A stretch of 64,000 nt of DNA from an uncultured Azospirillum sp. (lineage in GTDB: Bacteria; Pseudomonadota; Alphaproteobacteria; RF32; CAG-239): contig UQCS01000001.1 of NCBI GenBank assembly GCA_900539605.1, positions 17,169-81,168 on the forward strand, written 5' to 3'. A program made the position numbers and the translations under genes. This document shows positions 39,622-49,516 of this stretch, one piece after another; within the stretch, counting starts at the first letter, position 1, and every line of letters starts with the position of its first letter. The notes beneath the pieces were generated by a model. That model was not told where the DNA came from. It searched no databases and saw nothing but the letters and a program-made list of their open reading frames with translations.

Positions 39622-41265
39622 ATGTCAGATAAATTGCAAAAATTAGAGCTGGTATGGCCGGGAAAGAATGAGCATGTTGACGTCGAACCGCGGATTTTAA
39701 TTGAGGATGCGGAAAAATCATACTCGGCGAATTCTAAGATTCAGGAAAAAATAAACCGGCAGCTTTTTGAGCAAGAACCGGAAATTGCTCCGACTTTTGA
39801 CAACATGCTTATCCACGGTGATAATTTATTGGCATTAAAAGCTCTGGAAGCCAAGTATTCAGGCCAAATTAAATGTATTTATATAGATCCGCCATATAAT
39901 ACAGGTAATGCTTTTGAACATTATGATGATGGATATGAGCATTCTATTTGGCTTTCGTTAATGCGAGAGCGATTGGAAATTTTGAAAAATCTATTGGCCG
40001 ATGATGGAAGTATTTGGATATCATTAGATGATAATGAGCAAGCCTATTGCAAGGTGCTTTGTGATGAAATATTTGGTAGGAAAAACTTTGTCTGTAATGT
40101 TATTTGGCAAAAAAAATACTCTCCGGCTAATGATGCAAAATGGTTATCTGACAATCACGATTTTGTTATTGTTTATGCGAAAAATAAAATGATATGGCGC
40201 CCCAATTTGCTACCGAGAACGAATGAACAAAATAAATATTATAAGTACGATGATAATGATGGACGAGGTAAGTGGCGTTCTGATAATGTATTAGTAAAAA
40301 CATTTTCGAAAACAGGAGTTTTTGCTATTGTTAATCCCAACACAGGGGTTGAGTATTATCCTCCAGAAGGAAGTTGTTATAGATTTAATGCAGAAACAGC
40401 AAAAAGAATGTTACAAGAAAATCGTTTTTATTTTGGGAAAGATGGGAAAGGCGCCCCTCAATTGAAAAGATATTTATCGGAAGTTAAACAGGGTATGACT
40501 CCTTTAACTATTTGGTCATACGAAGAAGTAGGGCATAATCAAGATGCAAAATTGGAAGTTAAACAATTTAACCCTACTGATATTTTTGCCACTCCCAAAC
40601 CAGAAAGGCTCCTTTACCGTATTTTAACTTTAGCCACTAAACCCGGCGATTTAGTCCTTGATAGTTTTTTAGGCTCAGGTACAACAGCTGCGGTCGCTCA
40701 TAAAATGGGGCGGCGCTGGATTGGGATTGAGATGGGAGACCACATTTATTCCCACTGTTTGCCGCGACTGAAGAAAGTTATTGATTGTGAAGATGCCGGT
40801 GGTATCACGAAATCAGTTAAATGGCAGGGCGGCGGCGGTTTTAAATTCTATGAACTTGGCTCTACCCTGATTGTAACGGATAAACATGGGCGGCAGGTTA
40901 TTTCGGACAAATATAATCCGGAAATGTTGGCTGAAGCTATGTGCAAGCTGATGGGATACAAGTACGCTCCAGATAAGGAAACTTACTGGAAACAAGGTTA
41001 TTCCAGCGAAAAGAGTTTTATTTTCACAACAACGATGAATGTTGAGGAACAGTTGCTGGCAGAGATGTCTCAAGCCCTAGGGGACAGCAACCTGCTGATC
41101 TGCTGCGGCGCTTTCACCGGTAACAAAACGGCTTATGACAATATTACCATTAAGAAGATCCCTCAGGCAATTCTTAAGAAATGCCAATGGGGCTCTGCCG
41201 GTTATCCGTTACCAATTCGGGAAGATTTTTCTGATGAAGATTTTGAATTTGAGGATGAAGAATAG
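39622..41265 (+). CDS. Type III R-M Mod subunit (N6-adenine methyltransferase, beta class)
   Basis: N-terminal LELVWPGK; IHGDNLLALKAL; motif IV CIYIDPPYNTG; downstream FLGSGTT (AdoMet binding). Confidence 0.85.
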   Translation: MSDKLQKLELVWPGKNEHVDVEPRILIEDAEKSYSANSKIQEKINRQLFEQEPEIAPTFDNMLIHGDNLLALKALEAKYSGQIKCIYIDPPYNTGNAFEHYDDGYEHSIWLSLMRERLEILKNLLADDGSIWISLDDNEQAYCKVLCDEIFGRKNFVCNVIWQKKYSPANDAKWLSDNHDFVIVYAKNKMIWRPNLLPRTNEQNKYYKYDDNDGRGKWRSDNVLVKTFSKTGVFAIVNPNTGVEYYPPEGSCYRFNAETAKRMLQENRFYFGKDGKGAPQLKRYLSEVKQGMTPLTIWSYEEVGHNQDAKLEVKQFNPTDIFATPKPERLLYRILTLATKPGDLVLDSFLGSGTTAAVAHKMGRRWIGIEMGDHIYSHCLPRLKKVIDCEDAGGITKSVKWQGGGGFKFYELGSTLIVTDKHGRQVISDKYNPEMLAEAMCKLMGYKYAPDKETYWKQGYSSEKSFIFTTTMNVEEQLLAEMSQALGDSNLLICCGAFTGNKTAYDNITIKKIPQAILKKCQWGSAGYPLPIREDFSDEDFEFEDEE

Positions 41266-41267
41266 AA

Positions 41268-41648
41268 ATGAAAATAGACTATGATTTCTTGAAACAGATT
41301 TTAACTGTAATGATTGATAATGAAAGTCATTTTATTCGTACAGATCAATTAACAGATAAACTTGATCTTGACATTTGCAATAAATTACTTTGGGATAAGT
41401 TTTGGGGGCATATGTTTATTTTAAATGATAATCTTTGTTTGGATTGTGATGATGAAAGTTTGGGAACTTTTCGAGAACAGGATGGCTGTATTTCCTATCG
41501 TTCTCAAACTTTTCGCCTTACAGCTCAAGGATATCAATTTTTAGATATTCTGAAAAATGATACAATCTTCCGTAAAATCAAAGATTTTAGCGTTTCAACC
41601 GCTATCGAGGTTGGAAAAGCTGCTTTGATAAATTGGATAGTAAAATAA
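41268..41648 (+). CDS. Hypothetical protein (126 aa), coupled to mod
   Basis: ATG 3 nt after the mod stop; RBS gagga; possibly YjcQ/DUF2513-like (weak). Confidence 0.45.
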   Translation: MKIDYDFLKQILTVMIDNESHFIRTDQLTDKLDLDICNKLLWDKFWGHMFILNDNLCLDCDDESLGTFREQDGCISYRSQTFRLTAQGYQFLDILKNDTIFRKIKDFSVSTAIEVGKAALINWIVK

Positions 41649-41657
41649 ATGGTCATC

Positions 41658-44528
41658 TTATAAAAAAGTGGTAAATGTACAATCAAAAACAAGCTCGGAA
41701 GAATAATCAAACTTAAGAGCCTTCTTTTTCTTTTCTAAAAGGCGCTTATAGGCAAGATTTATTGCTTTTTCCTTGTCCAGGGATGCAAAGTTATCCATTT
41801 CGTATTTTTCCTGTAAATGGGCAATTTTCTTACGGAGGGCCAGTTTCCTGCTGATTATTTTTTCTGTAAGCAACTTTTTATGCGCGGCATCAATTTTATT
41901 TTTTATCTTGGCTGCTCCTAAACGGATGCCATTAATTTCATCATATTGCCAACGGTTCAACTTCTCAGTTTCCTCCCTTAAAAGTTCTGCCGTTGCTTTT
42001 CTATCGTTATCTGCAGCGGATTTTATATCATTATCATGCAAAGACACCAACAAATTGGCAAAACCATAATCACGGATTGGCTCCACAGCTACAATATTGT
42101 CAAAAAATGTTTCTGGAGAAATATCCAGCTTTTCTCCTTCATGGCTGATAAAAGTACAAATAAGGCGTTGGTTGATATCCGGAGCCGTTTGCCTATACAG
42201 ACTGACATTGACACGCCCCTGTAATCCGGATTTTAGCTTGGGTGTCTTTATAATCAGATGCGCCGGTGGTGTTTTAAGCTCTAGTGCAGTGGTCAGAACC
42301 CTTTTCCCGAATGCAGATTGAGGGTTATATGCTGCAGGTTGGCGGCGAAGCGCTTTTTTATCCTTGTAATACATATAAGTCGTATCGCGCTTGGTATAAT
42401 CCAAACGATGGGAAAAATTGACGGCAAAATTAATCTCCGAATGAACATCTGGAAAAACCTGAGCCTCAAATTGTCCGAAAGTTTTTGTATCCTCATTGAT
42501 AAAAAAGCCCGGTTCAATAATTTTGAGAATATTTTTTGTCAGATTCCAGAAAACCTGCTTGTCCCGGCTCAAAAAGGTCTCAACACGAGTCTGAGTTACA
42601 TGGAGCTTTTCCTGCAACGTCGGATTCAAATTTTCCAAAACAAGCTGTTTTGCCTGTTCAATACCTTGTTCCCTCTTAAAATTCAACATTTCCTGTAAAG
42701 CGTCAAAGGCTTTGGCTATTTCTTCTTCTGTCCGGCATTCATCTAAGATTTTCGCGACGGCTCGTTCAAAGTCGACACCGTCAAACATGGAGCCGAGAAT
42801 TTCGTCGCTGGCTCCGAAAACGCCATCAAACAGCTTAAATTTATATTGCAGGATATCGTATAAACGAATATCAGCCAAATTTTTCTTATTAATGAAGTTA
42901 ATGATGACAACATCCTGTTTCTGCCCATAGCGGTGGACACGTCCGATCCGCTGTTCTATTCGCTGCGGGTTCCACGGCAGATCATAATTGATCAAAAGAG
43001 AGCAGAACTGTAAGTTTAATCCTTCCGCTGCCGCTTCCGTTGCAATCATAATTTCTGCATCATCCCGAAAGTGATTGACAATTGCCTGCCGCATGTCTGT
43101 CGCCTTAGAAACTGTTACTTTTCCGGGATACCGGCGGCAATATTCCTTGTATATCCGATTATGCAGCGGAGAGTTATTATTGCCGCTAAAAGTGATAATT
43201 TTATCCTGAAAGCCGTTTTCCGTCAGAAAATCAAACAAATACTCCAAAGTACGATAACTTTCGGTAAAAATGATGACTTTCCGCTGTTTTTTCTTTGCAA
43301 AACCTTCCTCTATGGCTGAAATCAGCTTCAGAGTTTTGCCATCAACCTTAATACTGTCGGCAAGAGCAATCAAATTGTCTAATAACTTTCCTTCCGGATC
43401 TATTTCCATCGGATTAAGTATCTTCCCGCGGCCTTTATAAAGCCTGTTGTAATTCTTAATTTCCGGGTCATATTGTGATGTCATGTCGTAAATGTTTATT
43501 AAATCGGTCACATCTTCGCCGTTGTCCATAAGCCCCTGAAGCATGGAAACCTTATTTCTTATTCCCTCTAACGTACCTTTGACGGCAGCAGTAGAGGAAC
43601 TCATGAGCTTACGAATCATCATGATAACTAAATTACGGGCATGACTTTGTATCCCAAATTTCGCATGAAGTTTAATATACAATGAAACCTGATTATATAA
43701 TTCCTCTTCTTTCGGCGTAGGTTCAAAAGCTACGGTCATGGCTTCGCGGTTCGTATAACGAATATACTCCAGAACATCTTTGCGCAGTGTGCGATGCAGA
43801 ACTGATTGTAACCGCTGGCGAAGTTCTTGATGTTTTCGTTCCGTATATAAATAGGTATCAATAAAAGAATCCTGATTGCCCAAGATATTCGCATCAATGA
43901 GAGACACTAGTGAGAAAATATCCATCAGGGAATTTTGAATCGGCGTTGCCGTTAACAGCAGTTTCTTCGTATTTACAAAGGTTTTATAGATAATATTAGC
44001 TGTTTTATTATCCCCTTTATAAAAATTCCGAAGTTTATGTGCTTCATCAAAAACCACTAAATCCCACGGATACGGGCTAAAATCCTTAGTTCCTTGTACA
44101 ACGAAATTATAAGAAACTATAGTTACACCTTCAAAGTCAAATGGACTGATACCTTTTTTGCGGTGGGGCTGATGCCAGATACTACTGTCAACGATTTGGG
44201 CCGGAAGATTAAATTTCTCCTCCAGTTCGTTTTTCCATTGTGTTCGTAAAGAAGCGGGCGCAATTACCAGCAGATGTTTTTTGCTGCGGGAAAAATACTC
44301 CGACAGGATAATTCCGGCTTCAATGGTTTTACCAAGACCTACCTCGTCAGCGAGAATGGCCCCTTGAGAAACAGGAGATTTCAAAGCAAACAAGGCGGCA
44401 TCAATCTGATGCGGATTAAGATCAATATTGGACGTTACCAAAGAACCGGATAATTTATTAATATCCGTATTATTGGCCGATGTTTGAACCTCTAAGGCCC
44501 AATATTTGCTTTGATAGTCTGAATTCAT
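41658..44528 (-). CDS. SNF2-family helicase (956 aa) with about 350-aa uncharacterised C-terminal domain
   Basis: Motif I LADEVGLGKTIEAG; motif II VVFDEAHKLRN; helicase-C QRIGRVHRYGQ; convergent with mod. Confidence 0.85.
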   Translation of the reverse strand: MNSDYQSKYWALEVQTSANNTDINKLSGSLVTSNIDLNPHQIDAALFALKSPVSQGAILADEVGLGKTIEAGIILSEYFSRSKKHLLVIAPASLRTQWKNELEEKFNLPAQIVDSSIWHQPHRKKGISPFDFEGVTIVSYNFVVQGTKDFSPYPWDLVVFDEAHKLRNFYKGDNKTANIIYKTFVNTKKLLLTATPIQNSLMDIFSLVSLIDANILGNQDSFIDTYLYTERKHQELRQRLQSVLHRTLRKDVLEYIRYTNREAMTVAFEPTPKEEELYNQVSLYIKLHAKFGIQSHARNLVIMMIRKLMSSSTAAVKGTLEGIRNKVSMLQGLMDNGEDVTDLINIYDMTSQYDPEIKNYNRLYKGRGKILNPMEIDPEGKLLDNLIALADSIKVDGKTLKLISAIEEGFAKKKQRKVIIFTESYRTLEYLFDFLTENGFQDKIITFSGNNNSPLHNRIYKEYCRRYPGKVTVSKATDMRQAIVNHFRDDAEIMIATEAAAEGLNLQFCSLLINYDLPWNPQRIEQRIGRVHRYGQKQDVVIINFINKKNLADIRLYDILQYKFKLFDGVFGASDEILGSMFDGVDFERAVAKILDECRTEEEIAKAFDALQEMLNFKREQGIEQAKQLVLENLNPTLQEKLHVTQTRVETFLSRDKQVFWNLTKNILKIIEPGFFINEDTKTFGQFEAQVFPDVHSEINFAVNFSHRLDYTKRDTTYMYYKDKKALRRQPAAYNPQSAFGKRVLTTALELKTPPAHLIIKTPKLKSGLQGRVNVSLYRQTAPDINQRLICTFISHEGEKLDISPETFFDNIVAVEPIRDYGFANLLVSLHDNDIKSAADNDRKATAELLREETEKLNRWQYDEINGIRLGAAKIKNKIDAAHKKLLTEKIISRKLALRKKIAHLQEKYEMDNFASLDKEKAINLAYKRLLEKKKKALKFDYSSELVFDCTFTTFL

Positions 44529-44658
44529 AGCGAAATGTTATCCAATAATATTTTAAGATTCAATGAAAAGCTTGAGGTAAAATGCGATATTTGGTTGAAA
44601 CACACATAAGAAAAAGTTAGCATCATATAAAATAACAGAAATAAAATAGGGATAAATA

Positions 44659-44958
44659 ATGATAAATTATATTGATGACTTGCCTTTTCCTAACCATTTA
44701 ATTCCATCAAAATTGAAAGAATTATTATCTCCTATTGATGCTTCTCCATTGAATAATATAGAGGTAGCCTGCTCCTATGAGATTACTTCTCCGTCTGTGC
44801 TGTCCCGTGAAATACGTTATGATATGACAACGGTTACTGTTCCTCTGGATAAAATAAATAATATGCCTCTATTGTATTTGAATCACGGCGTCGTTTCCAC
44901 AGGTCCTGATAATGATAGCGAAGGAATGTGTGATAGCCGTGTTTTTCATGCGCTATAT
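44659..44958 (+). CDS. Hypothetical AT-rich ORF at island edge (no stop before host DNA)
   Basis: ORF only; composition changes abruptly at about 44960. Confidence 0.25.
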
Positions 44959-46389
44959 TTACCAGCGGCAGTTGTCGCGCCCCCATGGGCGAGGGCCGTA
45001 AGCTTCCGGTTCGGCAACCGCCGGCTGAGGCTTTTGCTGTTCTTTGAACAACTCGGCAGCATTGAGGTTTTGCAGATAATCGGTCAGTTCTTTTTGGCGC
45101 TCTGCATCAGAAGACGTGCGGTTGAGATAATTGCGCACTGCCTTGATTTCTGCTTCGCTGAGACCGGTTTTATCTTCAATCTTAGCGGCTAGGCTGCGCC
45201 GTACTTCCTGTTTTATATTTTCGGGCAAACGGCTGACTTTATCCATTTCAACATATTTTTCCAGTCCGCTTAACAACGGCAGATCCAACTCCCGGACCCC
45301 CGGATTATTGCCGACAGCGGCCCAAATGTCGCAAATTCGTTTTTTCAGTTCCACTCGGTCGCCGACGACGATGCCGCCGATATCTTTATCATCCAAATTA
45401 TATAATCCGGCCGTAACCAGCTGAGCCTGATAGCCTTTAGCATATTGTTCGGTCCACATTTTGCAGGTACCCTGCACCATCAGTTTTTGTCCTTCGGGAC
45501 CGAGCGGATCCATTCCCGCCGCAACTGCCTGCTGGAAAAAAGCAAAATGGATATCACCCTGATCAAACACCTGCAACGCTTTTTGGGGCGGAACACCCTG
45601 CTCGATTTTCTGCTGATAATAACAGATACACAGATACAATTCAGATGCAACCGCCGCCATTTCGTCGTTCATATTGACAATCGCGCGTTGTTCCGGACTG
45701 ATACCGGGACCGTAGACATGGTGACGATCGGCGCATTCATGACCACGCTCATGAAGCCGGGTTCGCGGCATCACACGATTCACCTTGGAGATAATGGCTT
45801 CGTCTTTAGCCGATAAGGTCTCATTTTTGCCTTTCACCAGTTTATTGAGATTGATGCTTTTGCTGCTGAAACTGTACCCACCCAAACGCACGCCACCGTC
45901 CGGACAACGCACTTCGGAAAGCGTTTTCCGGCGGATAATAACTTTGCCGGCATTTTCGCGATAAAAAGCTTCACGTTGCTGGCGAATATACGCTGCTTTG
46001 AGGTCGCCGGCGTGTTTAGCATTGACGATCATACGGGTTTTCGGCCCCATGCTGACAATCTTTATCTCACCTTTGCGATCTTTTGCCGCTTTCAATCCCA
46101 TTTTTTGGGCCAGTTGATATTCGTCATTTTCGGTCGCTTGCACATAATCCAGATAATCGGCCGTATCTTCACGGTTTGCCGCATCTGCTTTCATCTCTTC
46201 AACGTCCAGAAGATGTTCGTTATTGGCAACCTTCGGATCTTGCGGCAATGTTTTTTCCGCTTTGGCCGTGCCGGCGTTTAAGGCCATCGCCAGCGACAAA
46301 GTTTCAATTGCCGTTTTGGACGCATTCAAACGACCGACGGCATTTTGCACTTTTTTCATCAAATTTTCAAAAGATATTTTGTCAGACAT
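44959..46389 (-). CDS. Hypothetical protein (476 aa) with HExxH-like motif
   Basis: Host-like GC; LHERGHECADRHH contains HExxH; otherwise unrecognised. Confidence 0.55.
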   Translation of the reverse strand: MSDKISFENLMKKVQNAVGRLNASKTAIETLSLAMALNAGTAKAEKTLPQDPKVANNEHLLDVEEMKADAANREDTADYLDYVQATENDEYQLAQKMGLKAAKDRKGEIKIVSMGPKTRMIVNAKHAGDLKAAYIRQQREAFYRENAGKVIIRRKTLSEVRCPDGGVRLGGYSFSSKSINLNKLVKGKNETLSAKDEAIISKVNRVMPRTRLHERGHECADRHHVYGPGISPEQRAIVNMNDEMAAVASELYLCICYYQQKIEQGVPPQKALQVFDQGDIHFAFFQQAVAAGMDPLGPEGQKLMVQGTCKMWTEQYAKGYQAQLVTAGLYNLDDKDIGGIVVGDRVELKKRICDIWAAVGNNPGVRELDLPLLSGLEKYVEMDKVSRLPENIKQEVRRSLAAKIEDKTGLSEAEIKAVRNYLNRTSSDAERQKELTDYLQNLNAAELFKEQQKPQPAVAEPEAYGPRPWGRDNCRW

Positions 46390-46671
46390 ATCACATTCTT
46401 TCCAACTTTGTATTCTTTATACATGTATTTTTGTCCAAAATCAATCTATTTTTGATAACAGACGTACCAACCATAAAAAAAGAATTTCCGTCAAAGGAAA
46501 TTCTTTTTTTATCGCACTAATCAGCTGTTGTTTAATTTCTTCAGTTTTCATAATTAATAATTATTTTGTAAATTGTAGTCTGCCATGTTTATCAATTGAT
46601 GTCAAGTTGCCAAAAGACAACACTGTTTACAGCCACGGCAGCATCGACTATGATTTGTTGAAAGGAATCAA

Positions 46672-47023
46672 AATGGTTACGGAAGATATATTCGAACGCT
46701 TAAACCGGTCTGACTTTCGTCGCCGTTTCCGGTTGCGGACAGCCGAAATCTCATATGTTCGGCAAAAAGGAAAGGAAATTATCCGCAAACACGCCGAAGA
46801 TTTTATCGCTAAGCGGTTGGCTCCGGCACAAATAGCCAACGACGGCAAGCAAACACCGATGCGGGGGCATCCGGTTTTTATTGCCCAGCACGCAACGGCA
46901 ACCTGCTGCCGGCAATGCCTGTATAAATGGCACCACATCCCTCCCGGTATTGAACTGACCGCCGAACAACAGCAGTATATCGTCGAGCTGATTATGGAAT
47001 GGATTTGCCGGCAAAGCCGTTAA
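46672..47023 (+). CDS. DUF4186-like protein
   Basis: CCRQCLYKWHHIPPG motif; the track ORF start at 46223 is an upstream read-through. Confidence 0.5.
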
Positions 47024-47027
47024 GGTT

Positions 47028-47378
47028 TTATTCGCACATATGTTCCAGCGCTTTTTCCCAAATGATCCGCACATGGTCGTCATTGAGAGAATAGTATACG
47101 TTTTTGCCTTTTTTGTCGGCACGGACAAGTTTGGCGGTGCGCAAAATTTTCAGTTGGTGAGAAACTGCGGACTTGGTCATGTTCAGCAAAACCGCCAAAT
47201 CACTGACGCAAAACGATTGTTTTTCCAGTGCCCACAGAATATTAATTCGGGTCGGATCGCCCATAACCTTAAAAAAATCGGAAAGGCCATACAACAGGTT
47301 ATCTTCCGGCATTTGCGGACGTATATTTTCGACAATCTGCGGATTGAGGGCAGTACAGTCGGCAACATTATTTTCCAT
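47028..47378 (-). CDS. ArsR/SmtB-family metalloregulator
   Basis: HTH LAVLLNMTKSAVSHQLKIL; divergent from the metal ATPase. Confidence 0.85.
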   Translation of the reverse strand: MENNVADCTALNPQIVENIRPQMPEDNLLYGLSDFFKVMGDPTRINILWALEKQSFCVSDLAVLLNMTKSAVSHQLKILRTAKLVRADKKGKNVYYSLNDDHVRIIWEKALEHMCE

Positions 47379-47458
47379 TTGGCTTTTCTCCGGTTGTTTT
47401 CATAAAGTCAGAATAATCAAATCGTCTGGGAAGTACAAGCATTTTTATTATTTTGTTA

Positions 47459-47510
47459 TTGACAATTGAACAATTGTTCAACTATTATAACATTAATACA
47501 GTTGAACAAC
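47459..47510. promoter_or_regulatory. ArsR/SmtB-type operator TTGAACAATTGTTCAA in the -35/-10 spacer of the ATPase promoter, plus downstream half-site GTTGAACAAC
   Basis: TTGACA 47459-47464; palindrome 47466-47481; TATTAT 47483-47488; half-site 47501-47510. Confidence 0.65.
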
Positions 47511-47531
47511 CATTTAAATAAGGATAACGTC

Positions 47532-49427
47532 ATGTGCGATCATCACCACCATTGTCCGGCCAACCCGTGCGGCTGCTGCCACCATCATCAATCCGAAAAC
47601 AGACATATGCTTTACCGAATTGCCGCTGCGGTGATTTTATCGGCAGCGGCGTTCAGCGGTCTGTTTACTCCCTCATGGCAGATCGGTTTGTTCATTGCCG
47701 CTTATTTTGCCGCCGGCTATGACATCATCTGGCTCGCCCTGAAAAATTTATTGCACGGCGCATGGTTGGATGAAAATGCGCTGATGACGATTGCCACCGC
47801 CGGCGCTTTGGCAATCGGCGAATACCCGGAAGCGGTCTTGGTAATGATTCTTTACCAAAGCGGGGAATATCTTCAGCACAAAGCCGTTGAAAAGTCCAAA
47901 CGTTCCATTGCCGGCCTGATGGACATCCGCCCCGATTCCGCTACCGTGGAAGAGAACGGCAACTTGGTCCGAAAAGCTCCCACAGAGGTAGCCGTCGGTA
48001 CGGTTATTGTTGTAAAAAGCGGCGAAAAAATCCCGTTGGACGGCATTGTCATCAGCGGCGAAGCTGCCGTTGACACCTCAGCCTTAACCGGAGAATCACT
48101 GCCGCGCGTTCTGCATCCGGGCGATCCGGCTTTGAGCGGATGCATCAACACCAACGGTATTTTGAGAATCGAAGTCAACAAAAGCTTCGGCGAATCGACG
48201 GCAGCCAAAATTTTGGAACTGGTTGAACACGCCGACGCACGCAAAGCCCGCACCGAAAAGTTTATTACCCGTTTTGCACGCTACTATACCCCCGCCGTGG
48301 TCGGCGCTGCCGTTTTGCTGGCAATATTACCGCCGTTGATCATGCCGGAAGCCTCTTTTTCGCAATGGCTGCAGCGGGCCCTGACCTTTTTGGTGATTTC
48401 GTGTCCCTGCGCACTGGTCATTTCGGTACCGTTGACATTCTTTGCCGGTATCGGCGGCGCTTCGCGCAACGGTATTTTAATTAAAGGCAGTAATTATCTG
48501 GAAACCCTTTCTCGTACCGGAACTGTTGTTTTTGACAAGACCGGCACCCTCACCCGCGGCGTTTTCGAAGTATCGCGAATTATACCGCAACACGGCGTGA
48601 ACAAGCGAGAACTGCTCGAAGCTGCCGTTGCAGCCGAAAACATTTCCAACCATCCGATTGCCTTGTCAATCCGTCGGACAATGTCTTCAACAAATCCGGC
48701 TGCGGCAGACGGGAAAGCGGAAGAGCTTGCCGGGATGGGAGTGCGGCTGACTTACGACAACAACGAGATTCTGGCCGGAAATTTAAAGATGATGCAAAAG
48801 TTTAAAATTGCGGCAGTGCCGCAATCGGTCAGCGGCACCGTTGTTTATGTGGCCAAAAATCAGCGCTATCTTGGCGCATTGGTTATTTCCGACCAAATCA
48901 AAGATACGGCGGAAAATGCCGTCCGACATCTGCACCGTATGGGAATTGACACCGTTATGCTGAGCGGCGATACATGCCAAGCCGCCGAAAATGTCACTCA
49001 TCAGCTTGGCATTGATACTTTCCGCGCCGGTTTGTTGCCGGAACAAAAAGTGGCAGAACTGGAAAGACTGATCGGCAAAAGCGGTTTTAAAAGCGTCATT
49101 TTTGTCGGCGACGGCATTAACGATGCGCCGGTTCTTACCCGCGCCGACGTCGGAATTGCCATGGGAGCACTGGGTTCCGACGCCGCCGTCGAAGCTGCCG
49201 ACGCCGTCATTATGGACGACAACCCCGAAAGAATTGCCGAAGCGATAAAAGCATCCCGCAAAACCATGAGCATTGTCCGTCAAAACATTATTTTGGCACT
49301 GGCTGTCAAAGGCGCTTTCCTGTTGTTGGGCGCAGCAGGACTGATGACCATGTGGGGAGCCGTTTTTGCCGACGTCGGCGTCACCATGCTTGCCGTTCTC
49401 AATGCTTTGCGGGCATTAAAGGCCTGA
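47532..49427 (+). CDS. Heavy-metal (Zn/Cd/Co-type) translocating P1B-type ATPase with His/Cys-rich N-terminus
   Basis: MCDHHHHCPANPCGCCHHH; CPC motif SCPCALV; DKTGTLT phosphorylation site; GDGINDAP. Start moved to ATG 47532 (RBS aagga). Confidence 0.9.
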   Translation: MCDHHHHCPANPCGCCHHHQSENRHMLYRIAAAVILSAAAFSGLFTPSWQIGLFIAAYFAAGYDIIWLALKNLLHGAWLDENALMTIATAGALAIGEYPEAVLVMILYQSGEYLQHKAVEKSKRSIAGLMDIRPDSATVEENGNLVRKAPTEVAVGTVIVVKSGEKIPLDGIVISGEAAVDTSALTGESLPRVLHPGDPALSGCINTNGILRIEVNKSFGESTAAKILELVEHADARKARTEKFITRFARYYTPAVVGAAVLLAILPPLIMPEASFSQWLQRALTFLVISCPCALVISVPLTFFAGIGGASRNGILIKGSNYLETLSRTGTVVFDKTGTLTRGVFEVSRIIPQHGVNKRELLEAAVAAENISNHPIALSIRRTMSSTNPAAADGKAEELAGMGVRLTYDNNEILAGNLKMMQKFKIAAVPQSVSGTVVYVAKNQRYLGALVISDQIKDTAENAVRHLHRMGIDTVMLSGDTCQAAENVTHQLGIDTFRAGLLPEQKVAELERLIGKSGFKSVIFVGDGINDAPVLTRADVGIAMGALGSDAAVEAADAVIMDDNPERIAEAIKASRKTMSIVRQNIILALAVKGAFLLLGAAGLMTMWGAVFADVGVTMLAVLNALRALKA

Positions 49428-49516
49428 TATTTTGACGAGGTCCCCTTGATAACCGCGACAACGCGGCTTACCTGATAAGATATGGCTTTATTTAACCGAA
49501 TCATAGGAGATTTATC

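Noticed and set aside
39521-39721. 66-aa minus ORF
   Set aside because: It overlaps the mod promoter, RBS and start. It is AT-rich low-complexity sequence.
44900-45000. attR direct repeat of the tRNA-Lys 3' end at the right island boundary
   Set aside because: No match to the tRNA 3' segment or to the 22232-22300 sequence was visible by eye. The boundary is inferred from composition only, so it is left uncalled.
46223-46671. Upstream 150 codons of the 266-aa ORF
   Set aside because: Intergenic and promoter sequence read through in frame. The conserved DUF4186-like part starts at M 46672.
47466-47531. N-terminal 22 codons of the P-type ATPase ORF
   Set aside because: They lie on the ArsR operator and the -10 element. 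A real RBS precedes ATG 47532.
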